Assembly: GCA_000091205.1 (NCBI GenBank)
Contig: AP006499.2
From: Cyanidioschyzon merolae
Lineage: Eukaryota
DNA: 64,000 nucleotides
Reading direction: 5' to 3' (one strand)
Shown: piece by piece, positions 11,059-22,919 of the stretch
Position numbering within the stretch: position 1 is the stretch's first letter
How the letters are laid out: each line of letters begins with the position of its first letter
The notes under the pieces: model-generated
Seen by the model: the letters and a program-made list of their open reading frames with translations, nothing else
Told to the model about the DNA's origin: nothing
The model's database searches: none
Made by a program: the position numbers and the translations under genes

Positions 11059-11667
11059 TTAAGAGGCGATTTTCTTGACAAAATTCGCGAATCGCTCTCC
11101 CTGGATTTCCGCCAAACGAAGCTCCATCTCGCTTGGTTGCCGCGACCCGTCGGGTCCGGCAAAGGTCGACGCGCCGTACGGCGTGCCCCCGTGAACCTGA
11201 CTCATATCCATCATGCTGGGATCTGCATAGCCGAGTGGAACGAAAATCATGCCGTGGTGCACAAACCGTGTTAGAGCGGTCAGCGCTGTGGTCTCCTGTC
11301 CGCCCTGCATGGTGGACGTCGAGACAAAAATACCCGCGGCCTTGCCTTGGAGCGCACCAGACATCCAGAGCCTGCCCGTTGCATCCCAGAACGCACTCAT
11401 CTGCGCCGGGGACTGTCCGTACCTTGTCGGGTAACCGAATAAAATTCCGTCATATTCAGCGAGCTTCGCCGGGTCCTGAAGCACTGGAATATCTTCCGGC
11501 TTTGGCGGTGCGTTCATCTTCTTCAGGACCTCTTCGGGCAGGGTCTCCGGCACCCGCATCAGGTCACAGTGCACGCCAGCCTTTTTCACACCTTGCACCT
11601 CATGACGCGCCAACTGCGTAATGTGGCCGTACATGGAGTAGATAAGCACGAGAACTTTGGGCGCCAT
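11059..11667 (-). CDS. WrbA-type flavodoxin-like NAD(P)H:quinone oxidoreductase
   Basis: The segment MAPKVLVLIYSMYGHITQLARHEV...GILFGYPTRYG...GKAAGIFVSTSTMQGGQETTALT...GMIFVPLGY is a collinear match to the WrbA/NQR flavodoxin fold. The first in-frame ATG is at 11665-11667. The upstream 89 codons of the listed ORF begin on GTG and contain no ATG. Confidence 0.85.
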   Translation of the reverse strand: MAPKVLVLIYSMYGHITQLARHEVQGVKKAGVHCDLMRVPETLPEEVLKKMNAPPKPEDIPVLQDPAKLAEYDGILFGYPTRYGQSPAQMSAFWDATGRLWMSGALQGKAAGIFVSTSTMQGGQETTALTALTRFVHHGMIFVPLGYADPSMMDMSQVHGGTPYGASTFAGPDGSRQPSEMELRLAEIQGERFANFVKKIAS

Positions 11668-13701
11668 TTGCTGTTTTCTGTCGTTTGCCGCTGTCGTCAC
11701 AGGCTGCGTCGCTGCACTCGTACCGGTTTGCTGCACAGGATTTGACTCGTGCTTTGCACTTGATTTCTTGGGGTGCGTTCCCTCGTCCGTTGATTTAGAA
11801 GAGCTGTGAACACTGAATCCACAGAGGTTCCCTATTTTGACAGCGTCAGTCTCGATACAACACCGTTGAGAAATAATCAAAGAGCAAACAAACGTTCGTT
11901 GCCCGGTAGCTGAAAAGGTCCAGCGCCAGCGCACAATGTGTTTCTGGACGCATCGCGATGCTGCGTCGATGCGCAGCCGTCATTCCTGCGGTCCATCCGG
12001 TTGCGACATTTATGAATAAAAGGGACACACAGCGGTGGTGCTTGTTCCCTGGCATTTGTGCACAGTCACGCTGAGATACCGACGCGCTTTGCAGCAGCAT
12101 GACAAGGGAATGGAGATCGTGTGCATGACGCAAGCAAGCAGCCAAGCAAGCAGTTAGGTTCGTAGGCATCTGCAAGCATTTCATCATGAAATGGACCGAG
12201 TCTTCTAGCTAGGGTGACCATTCGAAACATTCGTTCTATTCCTAGTGTCACCAAGAGAAGCCACTGCGGGATTTTCAAGTGCCTGCTTCTTTCATTCCTC
12301 TCTCTCTCGTCTTCGGCTCTAAATACCGCGGTTTCTATTGCTGTTCCAGACCTGTAGTGAACTGCAGAATGAAGTTGATGGCAGCATGAACTTTTCGATG
12401 TTGCCGCGTCCGGCTGCTGTCGACGCATGCCATCCACAGGCAGTACGTGCAATCGAAGTATCTTCTTCGTATGGAGCCTGGGCGTACCCGTCGCAGCGGC
12501 GACCCGTGACTTTGAGTAGACGTTCTGATATGCCCACGATACCGCTTCCTCTGAACAGCGCCCTGTGGCGCGTCCACGCATGCTTTATTTCTCGGGACGA
12601 GCCCGTTCCGAGCTGAAAAGACACCCGTCGAGACTTGCCACCGTTTCCGCACCCGACTTGACGCTATATGATCCAGAGATTCTTTCGGAAGATCCACATG
12701 ACAAACGCGCTGTCCACTGCAAGCACAGGCGCACGATGTTCTATGCTGTACAGGATTTGCAGAACGCGATGTTGTCCATGGTGAAACGAGCACCGGACGG
12801 AATATCCTGCCTGCAGAGCCAATCGAGAAGTTTCGATCCGTCCACGCCTCGTTCGTGCGAACCGGAAGCGCACCCTGCACTTCAAAGGATCGCTGTGTTG
12901 ATTCACGTCCGAGTCCAAGAACCCATTTCCATGCAAACAGCAGAGACAGGAACCTCTGGAAAGCATATTCTATGAGAGGGATTACGCGGGAATCGAACGC
13001 TGTTTCCCTAATACCCACAAAGAGAGCGACTTGTGACCTTTACAATGGAATCGATTACTTCACGTTAGAAGGTTCAGTGGACTTTCGTTCTGAGCTTGTG
13101 ACCGAGTCCGCAAGGAACGACGTCGCCTATCTTACCTTGTGCATCGAGCAGTGTGCACTACTGGCCCAGCACGTTGCCTTGAGTGCGAAAGAAGGAAAAA
13201 TTCAAGCATGTGTGAACTGCGCGTGGTACACGTAGGCCAAGAAGCTTTGAGGCTTGAACGTATGCATTAGCTAAAGAAATTGGTCTTTTACGAACTCTTG
13301 TTAAGAGGCGTCGTGCGTCACCTCGTTACCGACGACGTCACGAATGCTGGCAGCTAGGTGTCAGAGGAGCTACCCAAAAACACAGCGGAGAAGCCTCAGA
13401 CCACGTGACAGATCCGTAAGCCCGCATTGCTACACGTCGAATATCGATGCTGTACATCTACAACCAGTTCGGAAAACTCCGTCATGCAATCAAAAGTCGA
13501 CTAGTTCCATGGTGCATTTTCATGTGACACGGGTATCCACTGGCGGGCACGCTCGTGCTCCCCGAGTTGCAACTAGTGCGGTGCGCTTTTCTGGTGCACG
13601 CCGGGGGCGTCGGTTCCCAGGAAACCGCACGCCCGAATCTCGCTCCTTCATACACGTCCGAGTTCTGACCTAAATCTAGTCTTCGCTTGGATGGCGAGTT
13701 T

Positions 13702-14469
13702 ATGGATGAAATTAGCTACCCGCCGTCAGAGGATACCTATCTTTTGATCGACGGCTGTCGGAGCTGGTTTCAGGAGCACGGAATCCGAGCAGCACACCCG
13801 AGAACGCGACCTGTGCTCGTCCTCGAAGTCGGGTGTGCGGCTGCTTTCGTCTTGGAAGCGCTAGCGACTGATGTTGCTTGGCTGGACGGTCCTCAGGCGT
13901 CTTCGCACGCTGAAAACTGCGGGCTCTTGCCACTGCTTCCGTTTTTCATCGGCAGCGACGTCAACCTGGCGGCACTGTACCAGGCCCAGCGGCGACTCGC
14001 TGCGACCCTTCCCATTGATCTCGTCTGCGGCAGCCTTATGACTGCATTGCGAGCAGATGTTTTCGATTTGGTGCTTTTTAATTCTCCATACGTGGAGACC
14101 AGCGCAGATGAGCTCGCAGAAGCCCAACGGTGTCGGGACCTGCGTGCAGCCTGGGCTGGTGGTTGGCTTGGTCTTCAAGTGGCTGCAGCGCTCATTCGTC
14201 AGTTTATGGTAACGCCAACAGCGGCACTGACATCCGAGCATCATGCGTCTGCATGGCTGCTTCTTGTGACGCAAGACCGTACCTGGTGGCATCGAGCGTT
14301 TAGCAATCAGTTTGCGTTTTTCGTAAAGCAACGACGTGCCGGGGACGAGCGCTTGCTCGTGCTGGCGTTATCGCGCTCGCAGGCGAGTCTCTGGTACAAG
14401 TGGATCTGGCAGGAGTTACGCGCTGTTGACGACAGCGATCGGATGAGTGCGCTAGTTGACATGGAGTAG
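13702..14469 (+). CDS. Mtq2/N6AMT1-like (HemK-related) glutamine/N6-adenine methyltransferase-family protein with divergent catalytic motifs
   Basis: SYPPSEDTYLLIDG aligns with N6AMT1 VYEPAEDTFLLLDA; LVLEVGCAAAF aligns with ICLEVGSGSGV (motif I); DLVLFNSPYVET aligns with DLLVFNPPYVVT (motif IV); AAWAGGWLG aligns with AAWAGGRNG. The listed ORF starts on TTG at 13687, and the first ATG is at 13702. Confidence 0.7.
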   Translation: MDEISYPPSEDTYLLIDGCRSWFQEHGIRAAHPRTRPVLVLEVGCAAAFVLEALATDVAWLDGPQASSHAENCGLLPLLPFFIGSDVNLAALYQAQRRLAATLPIDLVCGSLMTALRADVFDLVLFNSPYVETSADELAEAQRCRDLRAAWAGGWLGLQVAAALIRQFMVTPTAALTSEHHASAWLLLVTQDRTWWHRAFSNQFAFFVKQRRAGDERLLVLALSRSQASLWYKWIWQELRAVDDSDRMSALVDME

Positions 14470-15742
14470 CGTGTGCATGCGAAGTGCGTCCTCGGGAGCG
14501 GCTCGGGCTGGCGGCGCTCCGAGCACGGTGTCGTTTACGTGGTGGAGGATTCGCGAATCACGGACGCGGCCAAGGAAGAGCGTGAAACCTGGGCATGTTG
14601 ATTGCTGAGGCGTGAAAGCGCTGAGCCCGTGGCGCTTGTCTCGCGCAACACTGCGGGTTTATGGATGCACCGGACGACGCCGGCGACTGGATGACAGCGA
14701 CGTGTCCGGACCGTGGCGGAACGCGCGCTTACTGCAACGTGCAGACCCTGAGCATTGCATGTGAGGAGACGACCCGCACAGGTCATCGATACCGAGGTGC
14801 TGTCTACAATCGCGTTTGAATGGTGGTGTTAGTGCTAGCAGTAGCAGTAGCGGTGGTGGTGATGGTGGTGGTTAAACTCTCGGTGATGACGTGGCGAACG
14901 GACATACCGCTTGACAGTTCCTGTGAAGATGCTTGTGAGGCGCGCGGATGCCGCGCATGCCTATACACGCGTTGTATCCAGTTTCCAAAGCGCTATCCAC
15001 GCTCTCGGATTGAACAATCGAACCAGGGATGTCCTGGATGCGCGCGAGCACCACCAGTGATACTTGAACAGTCCCCGACTCGTCAAGAGATGCTATCACG
15101 TTCAGCCTGGATCGATCGATCGATCGCTACTGTCACCTACTGAATGCCGAGCATGCCGCAAGCGCTTGCTCTTGTGCTGGAGATGCTGCCGCTGCTGACC
15201 TTCAAATGCAGAATGGCTCTGCCACACCGTTTCGGACGTTCGTTCCGGGATTTTCAGGGCACGCACGAACAACGACCTAGTGCGGCGGGAGCACGGACAC
15301 GCCACCAGGCACTCCGGTGCCCGCGCTTGCACTGCGTCTAACGTTCGAATGACACGTAGCTGCGCAGCCAGCATACCCTAGACGTGGTGCAGGATCGGCA
15401 GCTGCGACTCGCCTCGCACTCTCGTGATGCTTCGTCATGCTGCATGGGGAGGCGGTGCAGGCCTTTCGCGCCAGCGGCGATGCTTTGCTGGTCGGTGCCG
15501 GCTACGGGTACCGCTTCGTCGTGCACATGCTTGCACCTGGTGCACCTGGTGCCTCGTTCGACCTGGAGCCAGCGCGTTCTTGCGATGGTGCGCGACCGAC
15601 AGCAGGTGTACTGTCACACGTGCGCCAGGCCGAGGATCGTGTGCGCTGCTGATCGTGTTGATGGTATCCACGGTGTGCATACATGCATACGTACGTATGT
15701 ACCTACGTACGTACACTCATGCGTACATGGATGTACGCACAG

Positions 15743-18700
15743 CTACGGGGCGAGTGCAACAGCTGAACGCAGCGGCGAATCACCAGATCGCTGCCTCGTC
15801 TCAGCGAATGGCACATCTCTTTTGGTCGTGAAAAACGGTCCAGGTAAGCGGATCGGGCCGGGGAACTCAGCGAGATCCCATCGCTTGTGGGCTTGCTTCT
15901 GCTTCAGAATGTCGGTACATAGCAGCGCTAGCTCGTGCACGCGCTCAGTCATGATCTGGGTTGCGAGGTTCAGATCCTGAGCGATCGGTTCGCCGACAAT
16001 CATACTAGAACGTCGATGACGGCCATGGGTTTCTCCGTTTCCGCCACCGATCAGCGGCGGCACAGGGGGTGGAATCTCACTCGCCGACACCAAACGAAGA
16101 AGCTGCATCAGGATACCAACGTGTTGTTCATGTTCTAGGAGTGTGTCCAGGATAAAACTGAGATACTTGCGATTGTCTGCGAATGCGTTCTGTGCATCAA
16201 TAAGATAATCAGGATGATGGGCGAGCAGGTGCAGCACATAGGGCAACACACACTCTGGCATCAGGGCGAGATAGGAAACGGCCGCCTCGGTGGCAGTCGC
16301 GAGTGCCTGTTGCTCGAGGCTTCGGACTAGCTGGCGTCGTTGGCGAATCAGCGCCGTCAAGTACCAGCGCGCATTGGTGACATTCTCTCGCTCCGGATCG
16401 ATGGCTGCAAGTACCAGGCCCGCCATCCAGTGCCACGGCAGGAGCCCGCACGCCAGTCCGCGGAAGAGCTTGAGCGCAAAATCGTGACGGATCTCGAAAA
16501 TCGGATCCTGCATGAGTAGGCAGACCATGTGCCGCTCCGCTGGCAGCAATGCCTGGTCGATGGTGCGTATTCGGGCGAGCTTCAGGATGGACTTGGCCGC
16601 GTAGTAGCGCAAACGCGCACACGGTTCGCTATCCAAGACAGCGTCCGATACGGGCACGGGCGCGCTCACGAGTTCATCTGCGGACTTCGAGTGCCTGGTC
16701 AGGGCTTTCCAGTCGCCCTGCTGCAGGACCAGCAACAGGACTGCGTGAAGGAAACGATCCACGCGTTCTGGGCTCGCGAGCTGCTGTCCTTGAGCGGTGC
16801 TCCATCCTGCGCGCACCTGGAGCGACGAAGCCGCTGGGTCGTGTGCGTCCGCTTCCAGCGAATGCCCGTGCGCATTCGACCGCTGCGCAGACGCGTTTCC
16901 AGGCAGTGCGGTAAATCCGCTCATCAGGATGCTGCATGCGGCAATAATACTAGCTACGGTGAGAGGCTCGCCCACATCGGGTGGTCTCTCGGTCAGCAGC
17001 TGAAGACAAACGTCAAGAATCTGGATTTGCGTTGGAACTGGTACCGTGTTCGGTGCACAGCGGACGATCTTTGCCATGGTTGTCAGAGCGCAAGCACACT
17101 CGTCATAGTTCCCGCTTTTCAGCGCCTCGAAAGAACGAGATTCCAGCTGAGGAACGATTCGCTCCCAGGACGGCGTCAATGCGTCTGATGCCCAGAGTGT
17201 TGCAAGAACGCTGGCTGCTAATTTGATGCAGCGTAGACTGCGGAAGCTGCGCTCTTCCGCGACCTGTCCGAGCAGATACGTCTCCAGGCACCGTGCTAGA
17301 CTGTGCCTGCACTCGATTCCCATGTTCATCAAGCACGGACCAAGTGTGGATAGGACGCGCAGCGCAGCCTGATGCGGCACTGCCGCGACGAGCCTCGTTA
17401 GCGTAGCCTCATGGAACGCGCCACCATAACACGATGCCGCCTCGAGTAGCAGCGCACACTCCACGGAAGCGGCGTTAGCGCCCTCGGGCTGGCCCAAAAC
17501 GATATCCACCAGCATATGAACGTCCGATGGGCGCCCCAAACAAGGCACCATCCGAAGCAAGACGAGCGCCTGGAACCACTCAGCTGCCGCTTTGCTTCGG
17601 CGGGTCAAGCGTTCTACGGTATCACGAATCAAGGGCAGCGAATTTGTCGAGTACTCGCTGCCAGGATCGTGGAGCAAAAGACGCAGATTTTGGAATACAC
17701 GTTCATCCCGCCCTAACATGACATCGAGAAGCAAACGAACGCCGCACACTTGGTCCTCAACATTGCAAACAGTGGCCGGCTTGCCCAGACTACGAGCTAG
17801 TCGATCCAATAGACTGGCAGCAGTGTCTGAGAAGCTTCTCTCCGAGAGGCGGCAACGCTGCCGCGCCTCATCACGCATATCCAAGAGTGCACGCATGTCC
17901 CGCTGAAACTGCGCGCGTGCACGCATCATGAGGCGCAGTGCATCATTCGCGGGAAACGCAGTCCATCCGTGCACCCCAAAGGAGCGATTGATCCGCTGTG
18001 CGTGCGGATCCTGCAGGGCCTCACGCCAGCACGACAGCGCATCAGCGATGCTCATTCGCGGGTCGTAGAACAGGGCTTCGATTTGAACGATCGAGCCTAT
18101 CATTTCATCCGTGGGCACGTTGCCTGCGCACCCGACCTGCGTTAATTGAATATACGAGGCGAGCAACTCTCGCACAAGCTGTGATATCCACTCGTGTACC
18201 TTCGGCGGTATCGAGTCCCGTTCATCGATTGTTTCAGAGGCAGTGTTCTGGACCTGCTCGTGGTGCCATCGTAGAAACGCGCGATAGAGGCGGGAAAGTC
18301 CTTGAATCGCAGTATGCCGCACAGCAGCGCGCTTGTCACGAGCTCGGCTGAGACAAGTCGTACTCGCCAGTGGCAGGTGCGCGACAATGCGCAGCGCCAA
18401 GCGAGCAGCACGATGCTCGCTGGAGAGTACCGTTCGCACAGCTGCGAGGCGCACCTGCTCGTCTTGGTCAAGCATGCGATCCTGCAGGCCGCGATCCAGT
18501 TCGTTGAGCATCTGCTCAACGAGCGGATTCGCCGTTCCGGTGACAACTTTCGATTCTGCGGGGCCGTCCTTCACCGAGAGCGCTCCTTGATCCACATGGC
18601 GATGCAGCTGAATGAGGAGATCATGGACTGCGCACACTGTACCAGCCCGCACCCCTGCTTCGACGTCCTGGAACCGTTCCAGCAAGTCAAGGAACAAGGA

Positions 18701-19849
18701 TCTGCTGACTGTATTGGAATCGTTGAAGAGGGTACCGCTTCCGCTGATATTGGAAAAGTGCCGAGCGAAAAGCTTTGCGATGAGCTGCACACAGCGCAAT
18801 CTGGTCTGGGTGTCGCGCGCCCGTGACTCGGCGGATAGGTCCGGCAGGACACCTTGGAGAACACCCGGTGCGGTGAAGTAGAGCGATTCGATCAGACTGT
18901 ATCTCTTCTCAGCAGGTAGTTCTCTCAGATACCTCACCAGCGGATCCTTAAGTACCTCTGACGCGCGTTGGACGATCTGCTCGGCAATGTTGCGCGCACT
19001 GAACCGCCAGGTATGCACGGATGATGGCTTTTCAGACAGCATCTGGGACTCTGTTGCAGCGAGGAAGACAGACGGCAGCTGAACGTTCAGGGCTGTGAGA
19101 ACCGGATCGAGTACGCGAGTGATCGTATCGAGCGATCCTGTCCATGGATCCGTCTCTTGCGCTTGTTCAACTAAAGTGGAACTAATAATTTCCGCAATTT
19201 GCATTTTGCACCGATAACTTAGCGTAATGTTGCTTGCAGCGCTCATAAGCAGCTCCACGAGAGAGCCCACTTGACATGCATGCGCGAGCACAAAAACCTT
19301 AGTTTTCGCAGCGAGCTCGAGAACTCGGAGACTCCAGCGATGCCCCTCTGCAACTTCACCTGTTTGGGACGTAGGCACCGAGCCACTGCTCGCTGAGCAG
19401 GGTTCGGGGCCGTCAGCGCCTTCCGTCACCGGTCGGCCGCTTTGGTGAGTGACAGGGATACGCAAGTCCTCGAGTGTTTGGATACAGACTTGAAGCACGT
19501 CCTGAAATGTCTCGTCGTCGAACGGGATTTTCGGTGCCGAGATACGCAGGCACTCGAGAAGCACGCACGCAAGGACGCCACGCATAGGTGGTTGAGCACG
19601 CTTCAAAGGGTTCAGTGACGCCAGCCGAGCTACTGCCTGGCACCACTGTTGCCAAACTGACCGTTTGAGTAAAGGCTCCCCAACAGGCGTGTGCAGCTGA
19701 GGCACTTTACAAAGTACCGTTTCCCAAATATGAGAAAGGCGTGTGCACACTGTGTCTCCATGTTTGACGCGTCCACGATCGCAGTCGCAAGACTTCAGTG
19801 CTTCTATAGCTGCGTGTACGATTCCCTCTGTATCTTCTTCGGTGCCCAT
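15743..19849 (-). CDS. Large hypothetical alpha-helical (HEAT/ARM-like) protein, about 1368 aa; family not identified
   Basis: An uninterrupted 4.1 kb ORF. The listed start is GTG at 19861, and the first ATG codon is at 19847-19849. The sequence is Leu/Ala-rich with a repetitive helical character. No catalytic motif was recognised. Confidence 0.55.
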   Translation of the reverse strand: MGTEEDTEGIVHAAIEALKSCDCDRGRVKHGDTVCTRLSHIWETVLCKVPQLHTPVGEPLLKRSVWQQWCQAVARLASLNPLKRAQPPMRGVLACVLLECLRISAPKIPFDDETFQDVLQVCIQTLEDLRIPVTHQSGRPVTEGADGPEPCSASSGSVPTSQTGEVAEGHRWSLRVLELAAKTKVFVLAHACQVGSLVELLMSAASNITLSYRCKMQIAEIISSTLVEQAQETDPWTGSLDTITRVLDPVLTALNVQLPSVFLAATESQMLSEKPSSVHTWRFSARNIAEQIVQRASEVLKDPLVRYLRELPAEKRYSLIESLYFTAPGVLQGVLPDLSAESRARDTQTRLRCVQLIAKLFARHFSNISGSGTLFNDSNTVSRSLFLDLLERFQDVEAGVRAGTVCAVHDLLIQLHRHVDQGALSVKDGPAESKVVTGTANPLVEQMLNELDRGLQDRMLDQDEQVRLAAVRTVLSSEHRAARLALRIVAHLPLASTTCLSRARDKRAAVRHTAIQGLSRLYRAFLRWHHEQVQNTASETIDERDSIPPKVHEWISQLVRELLASYIQLTQVGCAGNVPTDEMIGSIVQIEALFYDPRMSIADALSCWREALQDPHAQRINRSFGVHGWTAFPANDALRLMMRARAQFQRDMRALLDMRDEARQRCRLSERSFSDTAASLLDRLARSLGKPATVCNVEDQVCGVRLLLDVMLGRDERVFQNLRLLLHDPGSEYSTNSLPLIRDTVERLTRRSKAAAEWFQALVLLRMVPCLGRPSDVHMLVDIVLGQPEGANAASVECALLLEAASCYGGAFHEATLTRLVAAVPHQAALRVLSTLGPCLMNMGIECRHSLARCLETYLLGQVAEERSFRSLRCIKLAASVLATLWASDALTPSWERIVPQLESRSFEALKSGNYDECACALTTMAKIVRCAPNTVPVPTQIQILDVCLQLLTERPPDVGEPLTVASIIAACSILMSGFTALPGNASAQRSNAHGHSLEADAHDPAASSLQVRAGWSTAQGQQLASPERVDRFLHAVLLLVLQQGDWKALTRHSKSADELVSAPVPVSDAVLDSEPCARLRYYAAKSILKLARIRTIDQALLPAERHMVCLLMQDPIFEIRHDFALKLFRGLACGLLPWHWMAGLVLAAIDPERENVTNARWYLTALIRQRRQLVRSLEQQALATATEAAVSYLALMPECVLPYVLHLLAHHPDYLIDAQNAFADNRKYLSFILDTLLEHEQHVGILMQLLRLVSASEIPPPVPPLIGGGNGETHGRHRRSSMIVGEPIAQDLNLATQIMTERVHELALLCTDILKQKQAHKRWDLAEFPGPIRLPGPFFTTKRDVPFAETRQRSGDSPLRSAVALAP

Positions 19850-22800
19850 GCTTATGAGCACGAGACGGCAGTTCGTTTCTCAGCGAAGCGCGCTACTCGA
19901 CAGTGGGCAGCGACCGCGTCGCGCAAACAACACGCGCGATCCGCCAGGAACTTTCGCGCCAAAATTCTCGGGCGCTTCCCAGACGATCGGGTTCAGTGTT
20001 GCCTCGGGCCAGCGATGTTCCTCTATGGGTCGACGCGCGATTTCCTTGGATCGATAACCCCGCAAAATCTCCACCATGCATTAGGCGTCAGAATCGAAGT
20101 CCACATCACCGTCGCCTGTAGGATTGCTGCTTTATATTTCAGGAAGGGCGTAGTGCTTTTCATCAGAGCACGATGCTCGTCATCTGAAGCATCATGCGTC
20201 GTATCCGCCGCGTATGCAACTCTCTGTGATCGGTGCGCTTGAATCAGACTGTATTTGTATGGGGAAAATATGCCGCCTACAAGCAGCAGTGGAACTGCGT
20301 CTCCGGAACGGTCCTATCTAGCTGCATTTGGATTGGGGGAATCACTCACCAGCGAACGACTGCAGATTTCTGCGAAAAGAGCGCTTGCCGATTGCTTCGG
20401 GGTGCATACGCTGGGACGCTACCTCAGCGCTGTTGCTAAGAGCAGCTTCCCCGCCGCCTGACCTGACGGAGTGCACGCCCGGCTCCGACTCGAATGCGAC
20501 AAAAGCGAGCGCGACACCGTGCTTCGAACGCTGATTCGATATGGCGGGGCTCGAGCGTCATTGCGTTCCTCGAGCGTGGACGTATGTACGACTAGGTGCA
20601 TCTTTTGGATGCAACCGAGCGGCTCTTGAGTCTTCATTTGGGATCAATTGTCATTTCTTGGATGATAAAGGGTTTCGACATGCCAGATTGCATAAGGATT
20701 TTCCATCGAGACTCCGTGTGCTCCATGCAATATTCAATACCTGGATCCCATGAGGTGCTTCGACCCGAGCGATCTCGTTTGAGTGCATATGCTCGGTGAT
20801 AGTGTATATTTAGTTATAAAAAATAATGGAATACCGTTCTCGTTCATGAATGTTCCATGAAAAGCGTGTTCGGTATACATTTATGCGGCGCTCCAGTATC
20901 GCTCGATCACTGATTGCACCACCTGACTGCCGTGGTACATGCGGGAATCCAGTGCCCCATTTCCTGTCCCCTAGTTTTTTCATAGAACTTTTTCAACATT
21001 TCATCCGAATTTCTACACGGGGAACTAGATGATTCCGTCGAAATTTCGCTCGACACAAACGCTCTGAAAGCTCCTGAGGCACGTGCCATCCATTCATGTT
21101 GACGATTGAGAATCCAGTCCCGCTGCAGGAACTGCTTTCGCGCATGGCTGCTGATAGCGTCACACCATAACATGCCACTTGCCCTGGTCTCCATCACCAC
21201 CTGACGTTCAGTCAGCTTACCCTACACCATCTCGTGCTTCCATCTCCGTTTCACGCTCTTCTTATCTACCGTTTTCAGTGTCCACTCGCGCTCGTGATGC
21301 GTTGACATGGTCCTCAGTTCATCAACGAGAACCGATCAGCATCGTTTCCTGCACTCGGTGTTCGCTCTCGTCGACGGAGCAGGAGCGAGTCCCTTGCGTG
21401 CTGCACCAGGTCCAGCGCCATAGGCCACGAGCGATCGACGGTGCTTAACGGTCATTTCCTTTTCCAATTCATGGAAGAACGCGGCAAGTGCTCGATTCTT
21501 GACTCCGCGCAACCGAAACCGTTAACGACTCCAGCATGGACTCATGCACTCCAACCAAGGATCGTCCAGATGATCCATTTGGACGATGATTGGCTCTCGG
21601 AGATGGGCGTACGAGGCTTCTCCGTCTGCTCAGTAGGGCGCTCAGAGCATCGAGTTGTGTTTTGACGCAGCCATTCCGTCGGCTGGTTTGCCTCCTGACC
21701 CCCATAATGCCAGACTCCCGGTCCCGCCGAGCCCTGAAACTTTGAGCGGCTTCATCTGGTTTCTGTTCAGGCATTTGTGCTCTCGTTCTAGAGTTGCAGC
21801 GACGTCCACGACGCTCTTCAACAGGGGATCCGCATTCGCCATGCAGCCTTTATCTTCATCTACTTTGAACGCTCCGAATTGAGCCTCTTCGCTCGACCCA
21901 GGTCTATGTTTCGTACTCTTCATCCAGATTGTTATTCTTGGGGTCTCTATCACCCCTGTAAACTTCTTTCCATTTCCTCGCAGTCAACGGAAGATCTTGA
22001 ACGACCTTCGCAGACGCTCGTCCCGATGCATTTTGCACGCTTTCTGGTTTTTCGCAGAGGCCAGCCTCGTTTTTAACTTGTCGTTCACCCAGCGGATGAC
22101 ATAGTTTGAGACGCGATTCTCCAATTTTTTTTCAATCCTCGGGGTTCGTACGCACTGGGACGACGCTCGGAGAGAAACTCGCCTCGGCAATGCACGTATC
22201 CATTACTCGTCCATTACCTTTTTGTCGCCTTCTCAGGCGCGGGCACGCCAGCTGAACGGAGCGCGCTTTCGACGTCCTCACGGGCACGAGTAGAGAAGCA
22301 ATACAGCATTTCAGGATTGGCGAAGGTAGAGAACTGTGCGTAGAAGAAGGGCACGGCGGATGCGAACGACTCCTTTATGAAGCCGGTAATGCGAAGACAA
22401 CCTTTGGCAACTGTCGAGACGCTTTCGACGCACTTGATCGGTGGAAACTAAGCTCGTACGAAATGCAGCGCAACACGATTCTCATGCGCGAGTTGCCCCA
22501 CGGAGTTTGAACGATAGAAAGCCAAGTTGTTTGCAAGCAGGACAGAGGAACCTGGAAAAGGGTATACAGGAAGAGGGCTGCGACGAAGTACGGGGTGATG
22601 AACGATGTTCTCCATTTGGCGGTGTATGGGCGACCAAACTTGTGAATCATCAACGAGGCTGTTGTTTTAGGAAAGCTCGGTTGCTCTTTCTATACCTATC
22701 AGGCTTCTATGCATAGCATGCAGGTCTTCAACTCGTGGTTTCTAGCCAATCTGCGCCTCTGGACAAGCGCAAAACGTCGTCGATCCCCAGGCCCCGGACT

Positions 22801-22919
22801 GGAGCACGCGCGAACAAAGGCGCGCGTCGCTCCGCGGAACGCTCGTGAACGATGCGCGCTGGCTCGAAGGCACCAGAACAGTGCTCCCGTGGACGTTTTG
22901 ACTGTGCAGTGGTCCTAGC

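Noticed and set aside
11668-11934. 89-codon N-terminal extension of the WrbA-like ORF as a targeting peptide
   Set aside because: The extension begins on GTG in the ORF track and contains no in-frame ATG. The conserved protein starts cleanly at the ATG at 11665-11667 (MAPKVLVLIYS).
12970-13050. tRNA-like T-loop signature (gggaatcgaac on the plus strand, which is GTTCGATTCCC on the minus strand)
   Set aside because: I could not construct a T-stem complementary around the loop, an acceptor stem, or an anticodon arm. It is probably a chance match, and no convincing tRNA was found anywhere by eye.
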